From positions 6,724,371-6,788,370 of the forward strand of contig CP070697.1 in NCBI GenBank assembly GCA_020353555.1: a stretch of DNA of 64,000 nucleotides, read 5' to 3'. Of the stretch, positions 56,310 to 64,000 are shown one piece after another. How positions within the stretch are numbered: the first letter of the stretch is position 1; each line of letters opens with the position of its first letter. The translations under genes and the position numbers were made by a program. The notes beneath the pieces were generated by a model, which worked only from the letters and a program-made list of their open reading frames with translations, was not told the DNA's origin and did not search any database. This stretch comes from Desulfobacterales bacterium (GTDB taxonomy: Bacteria > Desulfobacterota > Desulfobacteria > Desulfobacterales > G020353555).

Positions 56310-56972
56310 CTAGATTTTATCCAGTTCCAACCGGTGAACGTACTTCACCCAGTCCGATCCATAATAGCCCTCGGCGACGACACGCAGGGGAAAGCCATGT
56401 TTCAGCGGGAGGGTTTCCCCGTTCACGCCGTATGCCAGAAAGACCTTGTCGGTCAGGATGTCCTCGATGGGGAATCGTTCGGTTTTTTCATAGGCGCCTT
56501 CCGGCCCTGCAAAGATGCCATGGGTGACGTCCTTTTCCAGTTGCGCGCGTGTGAGCAGCTGGCCCATGGAAAGGCCTTTCCACCGACCGTGATTCGTGAA
56601 AACCCCCGGACAGATCAAGAGCACCTCCCTCTCAATGGAAGACAGGGTCAGAATTTGAGGATAGGTCAATCTGAGGGGCGTTTGAACACGGCCCGTAACC
56701 TCCAGACGCCAGGCATCGAGCTGCACCTCGTAATCCGAAATCCCCATGGTCCGAAAATCCTTCAGGGGTGTGAGCTCGAGATTCCGGGTATCCAATACGC
56801 CGGGATCTTTGTGGATCAGGCTTTCACGGTTGGTGTCCCGGGGGAGGACAATTTTAGGGGTTTTTCCGTTGCCGTAGACCGTACGGACGGCTTTGAAGAA
56901 AGGACTGAGCGAAAGGCCCATTCCGGTAAGAAATCCAAATGTGGTTTTGAGAAACTGCCGGCGTTTTTCCAT
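56310..56972 (-). CDS. Periplasmic molybdopterin-dependent oxidoreductase (sulfite-oxidase/YedY-MsrP fold) with Tat signal
   Basis: MEKRRQFLKTTF is a twin-arginine signal. The Oxidored_molyb-like core carries LICPG and GFPLRVV..GYYG..WVK. I prefer the ATG at 56972. Confidence 0.8.
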   Translation of the reverse strand: MEKRRQFLKTTFGFLTGMGLSLSPFFKAVRTVYGNGKTPKIVLPRDTNRESLIHKDPGVLDTRNLELTPLKDFRTMGISDYEVQLDAWRLEVTGRVQTPLRLTYPQILTLSSIEREVLLICPGVFTNHGRWKGLSMGQLLTRAQLEKDVTHGIFAGPEGAYEKTERFPIEDILTDKVFLAYGVNGETLPLKHGFPLRVVAEGYYGSDWVKYVHRLELDKI

Positions 56973-57121
56973 AATTTTTCTTCCTCTTCGATGATTCCAG
57001 GTTCCCGCGCTCGGGGTTTCAAACGAGCTTCCGACAAACTTTCCGTATGAGGTGCTGAGATCCGGATTTACTTCACGACCGCCAAACGGTGTCAATGCGT
57101 GCCGTCCAGAGGATTTGCCCA

Positions 57122-57811
57122 TCAATAAACCGCACGAAGCGTGATTTGGGACACCGGATAGCGCCAGTCCTGCCTGGCGGGCTCCACTTGCAGACCGTCT
57201 CCTTGCGGACCGACGCCATGGATACCAGCATGGACAAAGACATATCCCTCCGGTGGATTGTCGGCGTCATGCACGTTGGGATTATTGCAGGGTGGGCCGG
57301 GAATAAAAGCGCAGTCCTCCGAGTTGGCCTCGCTTCCCGCATCGTAGGCCGTCGCCGCCACAACCACTTTTCCTCGGGCAGGAACCTGAATACCCCGGGC
57401 GGCGAAAAAGGCGTCATTGCTCGTAACCAGCATGCCGGCCACGGAAATCAGTCTGAAAGCGCCCCGGATGGGGATCTCCACTGTCAGCGAATCGCCGGGC
57501 AGAATGAAATCGCCCACGGCCGTCTCAAAAACAGAATGCAGTTTGGCGACGGAATTGACCAGCGGCTCCGTAAGGCCGTCTTCCGCCAGGGCCGCAAGTT
57601 CCGGGCTAGCTTCTTGCCCCAATCTGAAGAGATCGAAATTCCGGGTATGACTGATCACGACCGGCGGGCTGAATACCTGGCCGCGGGTGAGATTGGTGAT
57701 GGTGATCTCATATTTTCTCCCATAGCGTTCTTGATCCGCAAAGGATACCCCGCTCGCCAAAACGAAAATCATGAGAAACGTCACTGTCAAAGCATATCTT
57801 TTGTGTCTCAT
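57122..57811 (-). CDS. Secreted spondin_N-domain protein
   Basis: Signal peptide present. ITITNLTRGQVFSPPVVISH and downstream beta-rich sequence resemble bacterial spondin N-terminal domain proteins. Strong AAGGAGG RBS. Confidence 0.6.
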   Translation of the reverse strand: MRHKRYALTVTFLMIFVLASGVSFADQERYGRKYEITITNLTRGQVFSPPVVISHTRNFDLFRLGQEASPELAALAEDGLTEPLVNSVAKLHSVFETAVGDFILPGDSLTVEIPIRGAFRLISVAGMLVTSNDAFFAARGIQVPARGKVVVAATAYDAGSEANSEDCAFIPGPPCNNPNVHDADNPPEGYVFVHAGIHGVGPQGDGLQVEPARQDWRYPVSQITLRAVY

Positions 57812-57971
57812 CTTAGTACCTCCTTTGATCTAAATGCTGCCGTTTGGATCTCAGCACGCCTCCCTCAAAACGACACCGCAACGTAACCGCCAACGTAACT
57901 TCAAAAATTCACGCGTTCATCACGAAACGCTAACGTTTCAGTCACATCAATCCGTGCAGGGCAGCAGCTCT

Positions 57972-59453
57972 TCAGACCCGGGAGGTGACAGGAAGTTGAA
58001 AGGTGAAGGTGGTACCCGCATCCAGGGCGCTGGCGACCTGGATGGACCGGCCGTGCAGTTCCAGGATTCTTTTGGTGATTGCCAGACCAAGCCCCGAATG
58101 GCCCAGCTCCGACTTGCGGCTCTTATCCAACTGATAAAACCGGTTGAAAATAGAGACAAGCTCCGCCTCCGGGATGCCGCACCCGGTATCGCTGATTTGG
58201 ACCACAATATCTTCCTTTTGCGGTGTCAGCACGAGACGGATGAACCCACTCGGGGGGGTATAGTGAATGGCATTTTCAATGAGGTTTTCCAGGACACGCT
58301 CGATCAACCCGATATCGGCACTCACGAAGGGGAGGTTTTCTTCGATATTGGTTGAGATTTCGATATTTTTTTCGCCGGCTTCCAGTTGAAATTTCTGGAC
58401 GACGTCCTGGACAAGCTCACTTAGGTTAAAGGGTTCCCGTTTCACACGGATGTCGTCCGAATCGAGTTTGGCCAGCTCCAAAAGCTCGCGCACCAATTTG
58501 CTCAGCCGCTCACAATGCCGAATGGCTGTTTCCAGATAGCGGCGTTTGTCCTCCGCTCGCAAGCTGTCTTCTTTCAGGAGCAGTGTTTCAATGTAGCCCT
58601 GCAAAGTCGCCAAAGGCGTACGCAAATCATGGGAAACATTGGCGATCAGTTCGCGACGGAGTGCATCGGACTTCTGCAATTTCCCCATCTGGTCTTCGAT
58701 GCGCTCCGCCATCTCGCGGAAGGTCAAACCCAGCCGGTCGATTTCATCTGCCCCATGTCTGCGCCGCTTGACCGGGAAGTCGATCTGCTTCGGAGCGGCG
58801 CCTCTTCTAAAGGCGTCCATGGCATTGGCGAGCCGCTTCAGCCTTCCGGTCAGCGACGCAAATAATACCAACCCGGCGATCAAGGCAAAAAAAAGGCTCG
58901 CGAAAATCATCCAGGCACTTAATTGGAGAATGTAGCTCCCCTTGATTTTCTGCACGACGTTGTCGTAAGTTTCGCCGCCTAAAATCACATAAAGATAGCC
59001 CTGCAAGGGACCTTGCTCAGGAATCCGCGCAACCGTGAAGACTTTTTTGCCCCGGGGGTTCCGGGGGTCATCCCCTCGGAGCTGAATGGTCGCATGCCCA
59101 GCGAGCCATTTCTCCAGCGGTCCCAAATTCACCCTTTTGCGCTTGATCTTGCCGGGGGCGGCTGAATACGCCAGAATGTTGCCCTCCGGGTCCAGGAGGT
59201 AGATCTCGATACTTGGATTGATCACCATGAGCATGTGGAAGATCTCCTCAAGGGCCTCCTCATTAACATGGTTTTGCTCCAGGAGAAGCTTTTCGGCGAC
59301 AATCTGCTCCGCCAATTTACTGTTGAGCCTTTGATTCACCTCCTGCTGGTACATCGCGGTGGAAAACAGGGTCACCACCACAAATGACAGCCCCACCAGG
59401 CAAAACAAGCCGGTCAACACGGCGGCCAATTTTGAATACAGGGAGCTAAACAT
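57972..59453 (-). CDS. Sensor histidine kinase (2 TM periplasmic sensor, HAMP, HisKA, HATPase_c)
   Basis: H-box SHDLRTPLATLQGY, plus N, G1 and G2 boxes (DTGCGI, GLGLAI). Confidence 0.9.
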   Translation of the reverse strand: MFSSLYSKLAAVLTGLFCLVGLSFVVVTLFSTAMYQQEVNQRLNSKLAEQIVAEKLLLEQNHVNEEALEEIFHMLMVINPSIEIYLLDPEGNILAYSAAPGKIKRKRVNLGPLEKWLAGHATIQLRGDDPRNPRGKKVFTVARIPEQGPLQGYLYVILGGETYDNVVQKIKGSYILQLSAWMIFASLFFALIAGLVLFASLTGRLKRLANAMDAFRRGAAPKQIDFPVKRRRHGADEIDRLGLTFREMAERIEDQMGKLQKSDALRRELIANVSHDLRTPLATLQGYIETLLLKEDSLRAEDKRRYLETAIRHCERLSKLVRELLELAKLDSDDIRVKREPFNLSELVQDVVQKFQLEAGEKNIEISTNIEENLPFVSADIGLIERVLENLIENAIHYTPPSGFIRLVLTPQKEDIVVQISDTGCGIPEAELVSIFNRFYQLDKSRKSELGHSGLGLAITKRILELHGRSIQVASALDAGTTFTFQLPVTSRV

Positions 59454-59468
59454 CTCGTTAGCGTTTTC

Positions 59469-60176
59469 CTAAGGCTCAAACTCCGCAAACTTATAGCCCA
59501 CACCCCAGACGGTAAGGATATAGCGTGGTTGCGCCGGGTTTTTTTCGATCTTGGCTCGCAGGCGGTTTATGTGTGAGTTCACGGTATGTTCATAGCCATC
59601 GTGTCCGTACCCCCACACCGCGTCCAACAGCTGGGCCCGCGTAAAAACCCGGCCGGCGTGTCGGGCGAAATACAGGAGCAAATCGAATTCTTTGGCCGTC
59701 AGATCGACGGCCGTGCCCGCGAGATCCACCGCGCGCCTGGCCGGATCGATGACCAGGTTCCCGGCACGTATCGGCGCCTGGGGATTGATTGGCTGGTCCG
59801 ACTTCAATTCATCGATGCGCCGGAAAATGGCTTTCACCCGCGCCATGAGTTCCCTGATACTGAACGGCTTGGTGACGTAGTCATCGGCTCCCATTTCAAG
59901 CCCCAGCACGCGATCCAATTCCGCCGATTTGGAGGTCAGCATCAGAATGGGCGTGTAGCCGGGTTGGGTGCGTATCCGGCGACAGATTTCCAGCCCGTCC
60001 AGGCCGGGCAGCATGAGGTCGAGAAGGATGAGGTCGTAATCTTTCGATTTGAATTTGGCAAAACCCTCATGGCCATCGAACGCCAAATCAACTTCATAGG
60101 AAAGATCGCGGAGATGAAGGTCCAAGAGCTGGGCCAGGTCCTTGTTGTCTTCGATAACCAGAATTTTCCGTGACAT
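59469..60176 (-). CDS. OmpR/PhoB-family response regulator
   Basis: The receiver starts at MSRKILVIEDN with ..DLILLDLMLPG, and a winged-helix C-terminus (TVWGVGYKF) is present. I prefer the ATG at 60176 to the ORF-track start at 60323. Confidence 0.9.
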   Translation of the reverse strand: MSRKILVIEDNKDLAQLLDLHLRDLSYEVDLAFDGHEGFAKFKSKDYDLILLDLMLPGLDGLEICRRIRTQPGYTPILMLTSKSAELDRVLGLEMGADDYVTKPFSIRELMARVKAIFRRIDELKSDQPINPQAPIRAGNLVIDPARRAVDLAGTAVDLTAKEFDLLLYFARHAGRVFTRAQLLDAVWGYGHDGYEHTVNSHINRLRAKIEKNPAQPRYILTVWGVGYKFAEFEP

Positions 60177-60300
60177 GCGGTCACACCTTGCGGGGCCGGT
60201 GTTTCTGTACCCCAATCGAGTCAAGCTCGGTTGGGATCGCCCGTTGTTCGTTGTCGGTTGTGGGTTGACCGCCGGAGGGAACGGATCGCATTTTACATTG

Positions 60301-60374
60301 AACCCAGCGTTGCCAATCCGCAAAACATTCGTTTATACGACCACGATCAACCGACGACGAGCCACAACCCATTG
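60301..60374 (+). repeat. 74-nt direct repeat, copy 1
   Basis: 59 of 74 positions are identical (ungapped) to 60717-60790. The shared blocks are AACCC.GCGTTG.CAATCCGCA.AACAT and ACAACCCATTG. Confidence 0.6.
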
Positions 60375-60716
60375 CGTTTTTTGGCTAAATCAAGATTATA
60401 CGCCAGTCAGGCGCCCTCGGATAAGGGTTGCAGGGGACATTCAGCTTCTCCAAGGTAGTCCGGGGTACCCTCGGGGACGCCGGTAACTATTCGTTTTAAT
60501 GCCATATTACACAACCTGTTTTGCCGAAGGCGTACCACAAACGGCCGCAAGTTGAAAGGGAAAATTGAAGACGACCCTCCGTGGGACAGTTGGTTGGCAC
60601 CTATCCTCGAAGCCTCCGCCCCGAGAACCTACGCCTGTGGGCGGCGGGTTTTGCGGCGCGGCCTTCGGAGAGTGTCCTTCACAACAATTTTGGGGCTTTA
60701 CACCATATTCGCACCA

Positions 60717-60790
60717 AACCCGGCGTTGTCAATCCGCACAACATCCTTTGGCAGCACCACGAGCAACCGCCGACAGGCGACAACCCATTG
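60717..60790 (+). repeat. 74-nt direct repeat, copy 2
   Basis: See copy 1. It lies about 90-160 nt upstream of the GntR start. Confidence 0.6.
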
Positions 60791-60879
60791 ATCGGCGTTC
60801 CCACAATTCCGTCCGGTCCGCTCTTCTTTCCGTTTTCAATCCCGAAAAAGACTTGACAACATGCATTTATGTCGACACT

Positions 60880-61539
60880 ATGGCAGACATGATTGGCGAA
60901 AATTTAACCTTGAAAGTCATGCAAGATCTGAAAGCTCAGATTTTCAATTTCAAGCTCTTACCCGGAGTTCGTATTTCAGATAAAGAAGTGGCCCAAAAAA
61001 TGGGCATGAGCCGTTCACCGGTGAGAGAAGCGCTGGTCCGCTTATCTGAGCAGGGTCTCGTTAAATCTCGGCATAATCGTGGCTTTACGGTCAGAGATTT
61101 TTCCGTACAGGAAGTTGAAGATCTTTATACCTTACGAGAGGCGATAGAAGTACTTGCCGTTCGCCTGGCGCTTCAACGCCTGGATAAGAAAAAAACGCAG
61201 AGCCTGCAACAACACCTGGATCGTTATCCTTTTCTGATGGAATCCAGCGGCCTCATGAAATTCAATGAGGTCGACGAAGAGTTCCATGACTTGATCGCAA
61301 CGTACAGTGGCAATGAATTGTTGACCCAGAATTGGAAGAGTCTACACGGCCAGATTCGCATTGTCCGCCGTTACGATTATCTCCGACCGAACAGCTTCCG
61401 TGAAACCTATGCCGATCACAGCCAAATATTCGAACATATGCGCCATGGCGAAACATCGAAAGCCCAAAAATGTATGTCGCGGCATATCATTAAATCAATG
61501 CGAATCATTATAAAAATGCTGAAAGATTGCGGATATTAG
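60880..61539 (+). CDS. GntR-family transcriptional regulator (FadR subfamily, FCD C-terminal domain)
   Basis: The wHTH segment LPGVRISDKEVAQKMGMSRSPVREALVRLSEQGLV is followed by an all-helical FCD-like domain. The ORF-track start at 60565 adds a non-coding-looking extension. Confidence 0.85.
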   Translation: MADMIGENLTLKVMQDLKAQIFNFKLLPGVRISDKEVAQKMGMSRSPVREALVRLSEQGLVKSRHNRGFTVRDFSVQEVEDLYTLREAIEVLAVRLALQRLDKKKTQSLQQHLDRYPFLMESSGLMKFNEVDEEFHDLIATYSGNELLTQNWKSLHGQIRIVRRYDYLRPNSFRETYADHSQIFEHMRHGETSKAQKCMSRHIIKSMRIIIKMLKDCGY

Positions 61540-61573
61540 TATCTAAAGCCGTTCTGAACATGACGAGCGAATT

Positions 61574-62734
61574 ATGAAAACAGTTAAGACACTGATGATC
61601 ACGCTTGTTTTTCCGCTCAGCCTCGGCCTTGCCTCCGCTTGTCATCACCCCCAGCCCCTGGACAACCTCAATCCGATCTCGGTCAGCCGCTCTGCGGCAC
61701 CCTGGCCGATGCGAGGATATGATATCAGGCATTCAGGCCGCTCCCCGCATCGGGGCCCTTCAACCTGTAAAATCCGGTGGACCGTGGCGACCGCTGCCGA
61801 AATTACGTCCTCTCCGGCGATTGGCGCTGACGGCACAATCTACATCGGATCGTGGGATACGCGATTGTACGCCATCAATCCCGCCGGCCGCATAAAATGG
61901 ACCGTCAAAACCGGTGATTTTGTCTCTTCTTCACCTGCCGTCGGACGGGATGGGACGATTTATATCGGCTCGTGGGATAAGAAGCTTTACGCGGTCACTC
62001 CCTCCGGACAGGTCAAGTGGACCCTGGAGACCAACGGCCGAATCACGTCATCACCCACGGTCGGATCCGACGCTAAAATATATTTCGGGTCCGAGGATGG
62101 GAAGCTATATGCCGTCACTGAGAACGGAGCCATCGCCTGGGACTTTCAAACCCAGGACTGGATATTGGCAACTCCGGCGATTGGAAAAGACGGGACAATT
62201 TACGTGGGGTCCAATGATAAAAACTTCTACGCCATCGGCCCGAAGGGTCGAAAGCGTTGGTCTGTGAAAACCGATGGACTGCCGTATTCATCTCCGGCCG
62301 TCTCAAGCGACGGCACGATTTACTTTGGATCCTATCACCGCAAATTTTATGCAATTAACCGCAATGGTTCCGTAAAGTGGATTTTGAGGCTGGGCGGTGA
62401 AATTACATCCTCCCCGGCGATTGGTGCGGACGGTACCATCTACGTGGGATGTTGGGACAGAAAGATTTATGCGATCAGTCCTATGGGAACCATTGTCTGG
62501 GCCTTTCCTTTGGCGCAACGTTTCATCTATTCTTCACCGTCGATTGACGCGGGAGGCTCGATCTTCGTCGGATCGTTAGACCACAATGTCTATGCACTAA
62601 ATCCGGAAGGGCGTCTGCAATGCCAGGTGTCGACCACCCATCGGATATATTCTTCGCCTGCCATCGCATCCAATGGCATGATCTATGTTGCAAGTTTCGA
62701 CGGAAAGATTTATGCCATCGGAAACCAGAAGTAA
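61574..62734 (+). CDS. PQQ-like beta-propeller repeat lipoprotein (BamB-like fold)
   Basis: The lipobox is LGLASAC. About eight repeats of SSPA.G.DGTIY.GS.D..LYA. are present. Confidence 0.85.
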   Translation: MKTVKTLMITLVFPLSLGLASACHHPQPLDNLNPISVSRSAAPWPMRGYDIRHSGRSPHRGPSTCKIRWTVATAAEITSSPAIGADGTIYIGSWDTRLYAINPAGRIKWTVKTGDFVSSSPAVGRDGTIYIGSWDKKLYAVTPSGQVKWTLETNGRITSSPTVGSDAKIYFGSEDGKLYAVTENGAIAWDFQTQDWILATPAIGKDGTIYVGSNDKNFYAIGPKGRKRWSVKTDGLPYSSPAVSSDGTIYFGSYHRKFYAINRNGSVKWILRLGGEITSSPAIGADGTIYVGCWDRKIYAISPMGTIVWAFPLAQRFIYSSPSIDAGGSIFVGSLDHNVYALNPEGRLQCQVSTTHRIYSSPAIASNGMIYVASFDGKIYAIGNQK

Positions 62735-62941
62735 CCATCAGAAATTGGAAGTTCCGGTTTTCCTTAAGTGCTGATCGATCGCACGGAGGGTCCGCAAAAA
62801 AATCAAAGGAAGGAGGTGTCAGGATTTTCGTTCCAACGGAGGGTCATGATGAAGGGCGAAAAAACAATGCAGGAAAAGCGGGTTGATCGCCTTCCATCGT
62901 TCAAGGTACTGGTAAACCTTATTAGAAAGGAGGATGTTACA

Positions 62942-64000
62942 ATGCTTAAAAAAAGACCTTTAGCGGTAATTCTCATCATCGTTGGCATTGGTATTTTCTC
63001 CATTTCGTGGGCCGCTGATCCGATCAAAATTGGAATGCCGGCGCCCTTGACCGGGCCATACGCACATGACGGACTGGTCTGCAAACAGTCCCTGGGGTTT
63101 GTGGTGGATGCCATCAACGCGGCGGGCGGCGTCCTGGGCCGACCGCTTGAAATCGTCCCCTATGATGTGGAGGACGTCATGCCCGAAAAAGTGATGGCGT
63201 CGGCTCAGGATCTCGTCATGGGCAAAAAAGTGGATATGGTCATCACCACCTGGGTTGACTACGGCGTTGATGTCAAGGCGTATGGCCGCTACGATGTCCC
63301 CTATTTTTCCGGCGCGGCGTCCAGCCTGTCCATCCAGGCCTACATGGAAGATCCGGAAAAATACTGGAACTTTTTTGAATTTGAACCATCGGAAGAGTGT
63401 TATGCGACATGGGATAAAATGATGGCGCTTCCCTACCAATACCCAAATAAAAAAGTATATATCATCAACGAGGATGACCACTGGTCCCACGTCATTGCCG
63501 ATGCCTACGAGAAACACGCCCAGGATGCGGGCTGGGAAGTCGTCGGCAAGGAAACCGTATCGGTCGGAAACGTCGAATGGGGAGGCAGCCTCACCAAAAT
63601 AAGAAGCACAGATCCGGCCATCATCATGATGATCACCCTCTCTCCCAAAGCAGAAGCGGCTTTTGTCAACCAATTTGCCACCAATCCGACCCAATCGCTG
63701 CTCCATTTTCCCTATACCCCGTCGGCCCCGGAATTCAAAGAAATGGCCGGCAAGAATGGCGAAGGCGTCATGTGGAATCAATGCGTGGCAATTATTCCAG
63801 GTCCCGAACAGGAAGAATTCAAGAAGAAGTACATTGCGCGTTACGGTGAACAATACTGGAGTATTACCTACCCGGCGGCCATGTGGGATATGGTGCACTT
63901 CTGGAAGGAAGCCGTCGAAGCCGTCGGCAAAGTCAATGACTATCGTGCGATCGCCAAATACATCAATACCCATACCTACAAAGGGTTGTGTGGTGTTTTC
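62942..64000 (+). CDS. ABC transporter substrate-binding protein (LivK/Peripla_BP_6-like), 3' end beyond the window
   Basis: Not in the ORF track because it has no stop. My translation is MLKKRPLAVILIIVGIGIFSISWAADPIKIGMPAPLTGPYAHDG..VDMVITTW.., with an AGGAGG RBS, and the frame is open to position 64000. The listed 62960-63973 minus ORF is its shadow. Confidence 0.8.
   Translation, partial: MLKKRPLAVILIIVGIGIFSISWAADPIKIGMPAPLTGPYAHDGLVCKQSLGFVVDAINAAGGVLGRPLEIVPYDVEDVMPEKVMASAQDLVMGKKVDMVITTWVDYGVDVKAYGRYDVPYFSGAASSLSIQAYMEDPEKYWNFFEFEPSEECYATWDKMMALPYQYPNKKVYIINEDDHWSHVIADAYEKHAQDAGWEVVGKETVSVGNVEWGGSLTKIRSTDPAIIMMITLSPKAEAAFVNQFATNPTQSLLHFPYTPSAPEFKEMAGKNGEGVMWNQCVAIIPGPEQEEFKKKYIARYGEQYWSITYPAAMWDMVHFWKEAVEAVGKVNDYRAIAKYINTHTYKGLCGVF

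Noticed and set aside
60177-60323. N-terminal 49-aa extension of the response regulator, and the 60565-60879 extension of the GntR ORF
   Set aside because: In each case the conserved receiver or wHTH domain starts at an internal ATG. The extensions look non-coding, and the RR extension and the GntR extension each cross one copy of the 74-nt direct repeat.
62960-63973. 337-aa minus-strand ORF listed in the track
   Set aside because: The plus strand encodes a clear LivK-like binding protein (signal peptide, RBS, open to the window end). It is missing from the track only because it lacks a stop, so the minus ORF is its shadow.
1-64000. CRISPR arrays, tRNA/rRNA genes, prophage, integrase/transposase or known defence systems
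   Set aside because: I found no regularly spaced short repeats, no cloverleaf-like or rRNA-like segments, and no recombinase, nuclease or helicase-type defence gene signatures among the translated ORFs.

Overview
This is a 64-kb chromosomal window, densely coding on both strands. I recognised no rRNA, tRNA, CRISPR array, integrase or transposase. The gene content (rubrerythrin, tungsten-type aldehyde:ferredoxin oxidoreductase, a sigma54 enhancer-binding protein, a possible selenoprotein) suggests an anaerobic Desulfobacterota-like bacterium; that is a low-confidence inference.

Layout:
- (a) 1-1028: a partial SucC-like gene, divergent from a palindromic control region.
- (b) 1.4-14.2 kb: an atypical plus-strand operon. 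It contains a CUT2-type sugar ABC transporter whose ATPase is fused to a PEBP/YbhB domain, an SCP2-like protein, an alpha/beta hydrolase, two extended permeases, a proteorhodopsin-clade 7TM protein lacking the Schiff-base lysine, a flotillin, a small membrane protein and an SSS symporter.
- (c) 14.3-21.9 kb: secreted hypotheticals, an FGE-domain protein, rubrerythrin, a Zn-ADH and a serine hydrolase.
- (d) 21.9-45 kb: a large di/tricarboxylate-type catabolic supercluster. One arm holds TRAP transporter genes, an amidohydrolase-like gene, three tandem MmgE/PrpD paralogues, LeuCD-like dehydratase genes, a maleate-isomerase-like gene and an HpcH aldolase. The divergent arm holds a 4-subunit SDH/FRD-like complex, PrpF, a PrpB-like lyase and a fourth PrpD paralogue. 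A PrpR-like sigma54 activator follows, and three -24/-12 promoter candidates are present.
- (e) 45.2-52.7 kb: AOR, a second TRAP system and a solitary FrdA-like flavoprotein.
- (f) 52.9-60.2 kb: a DUF3754-like protein, a PAS-PP2C phosphatase, and a two-component-system operon with spondin_N, a Mo-oxidoreductase and an HMA-like ORF interrupted by an in-frame TGA.
- (g) 60.9-64 kb: a GntR regulator, a PQQ-like beta-propeller lipoprotein and a partial LivK-like binding protein.

Non-genic structure includes a MITE-like inverted-repeat family (3 copies), a conserved 32-nt motif upstream of three unrelated genes, an 80 % identical 74-nt direct repeat pair, and post-dctP hairpins.

The most interesting candidates are the lysine-less rhodopsin in the transporter/flotillin operon, the non-canonical sigma54/PrpR-controlled multi-PrpD plus SDH-like pathway, and the TGA-containing HMA-like gene.
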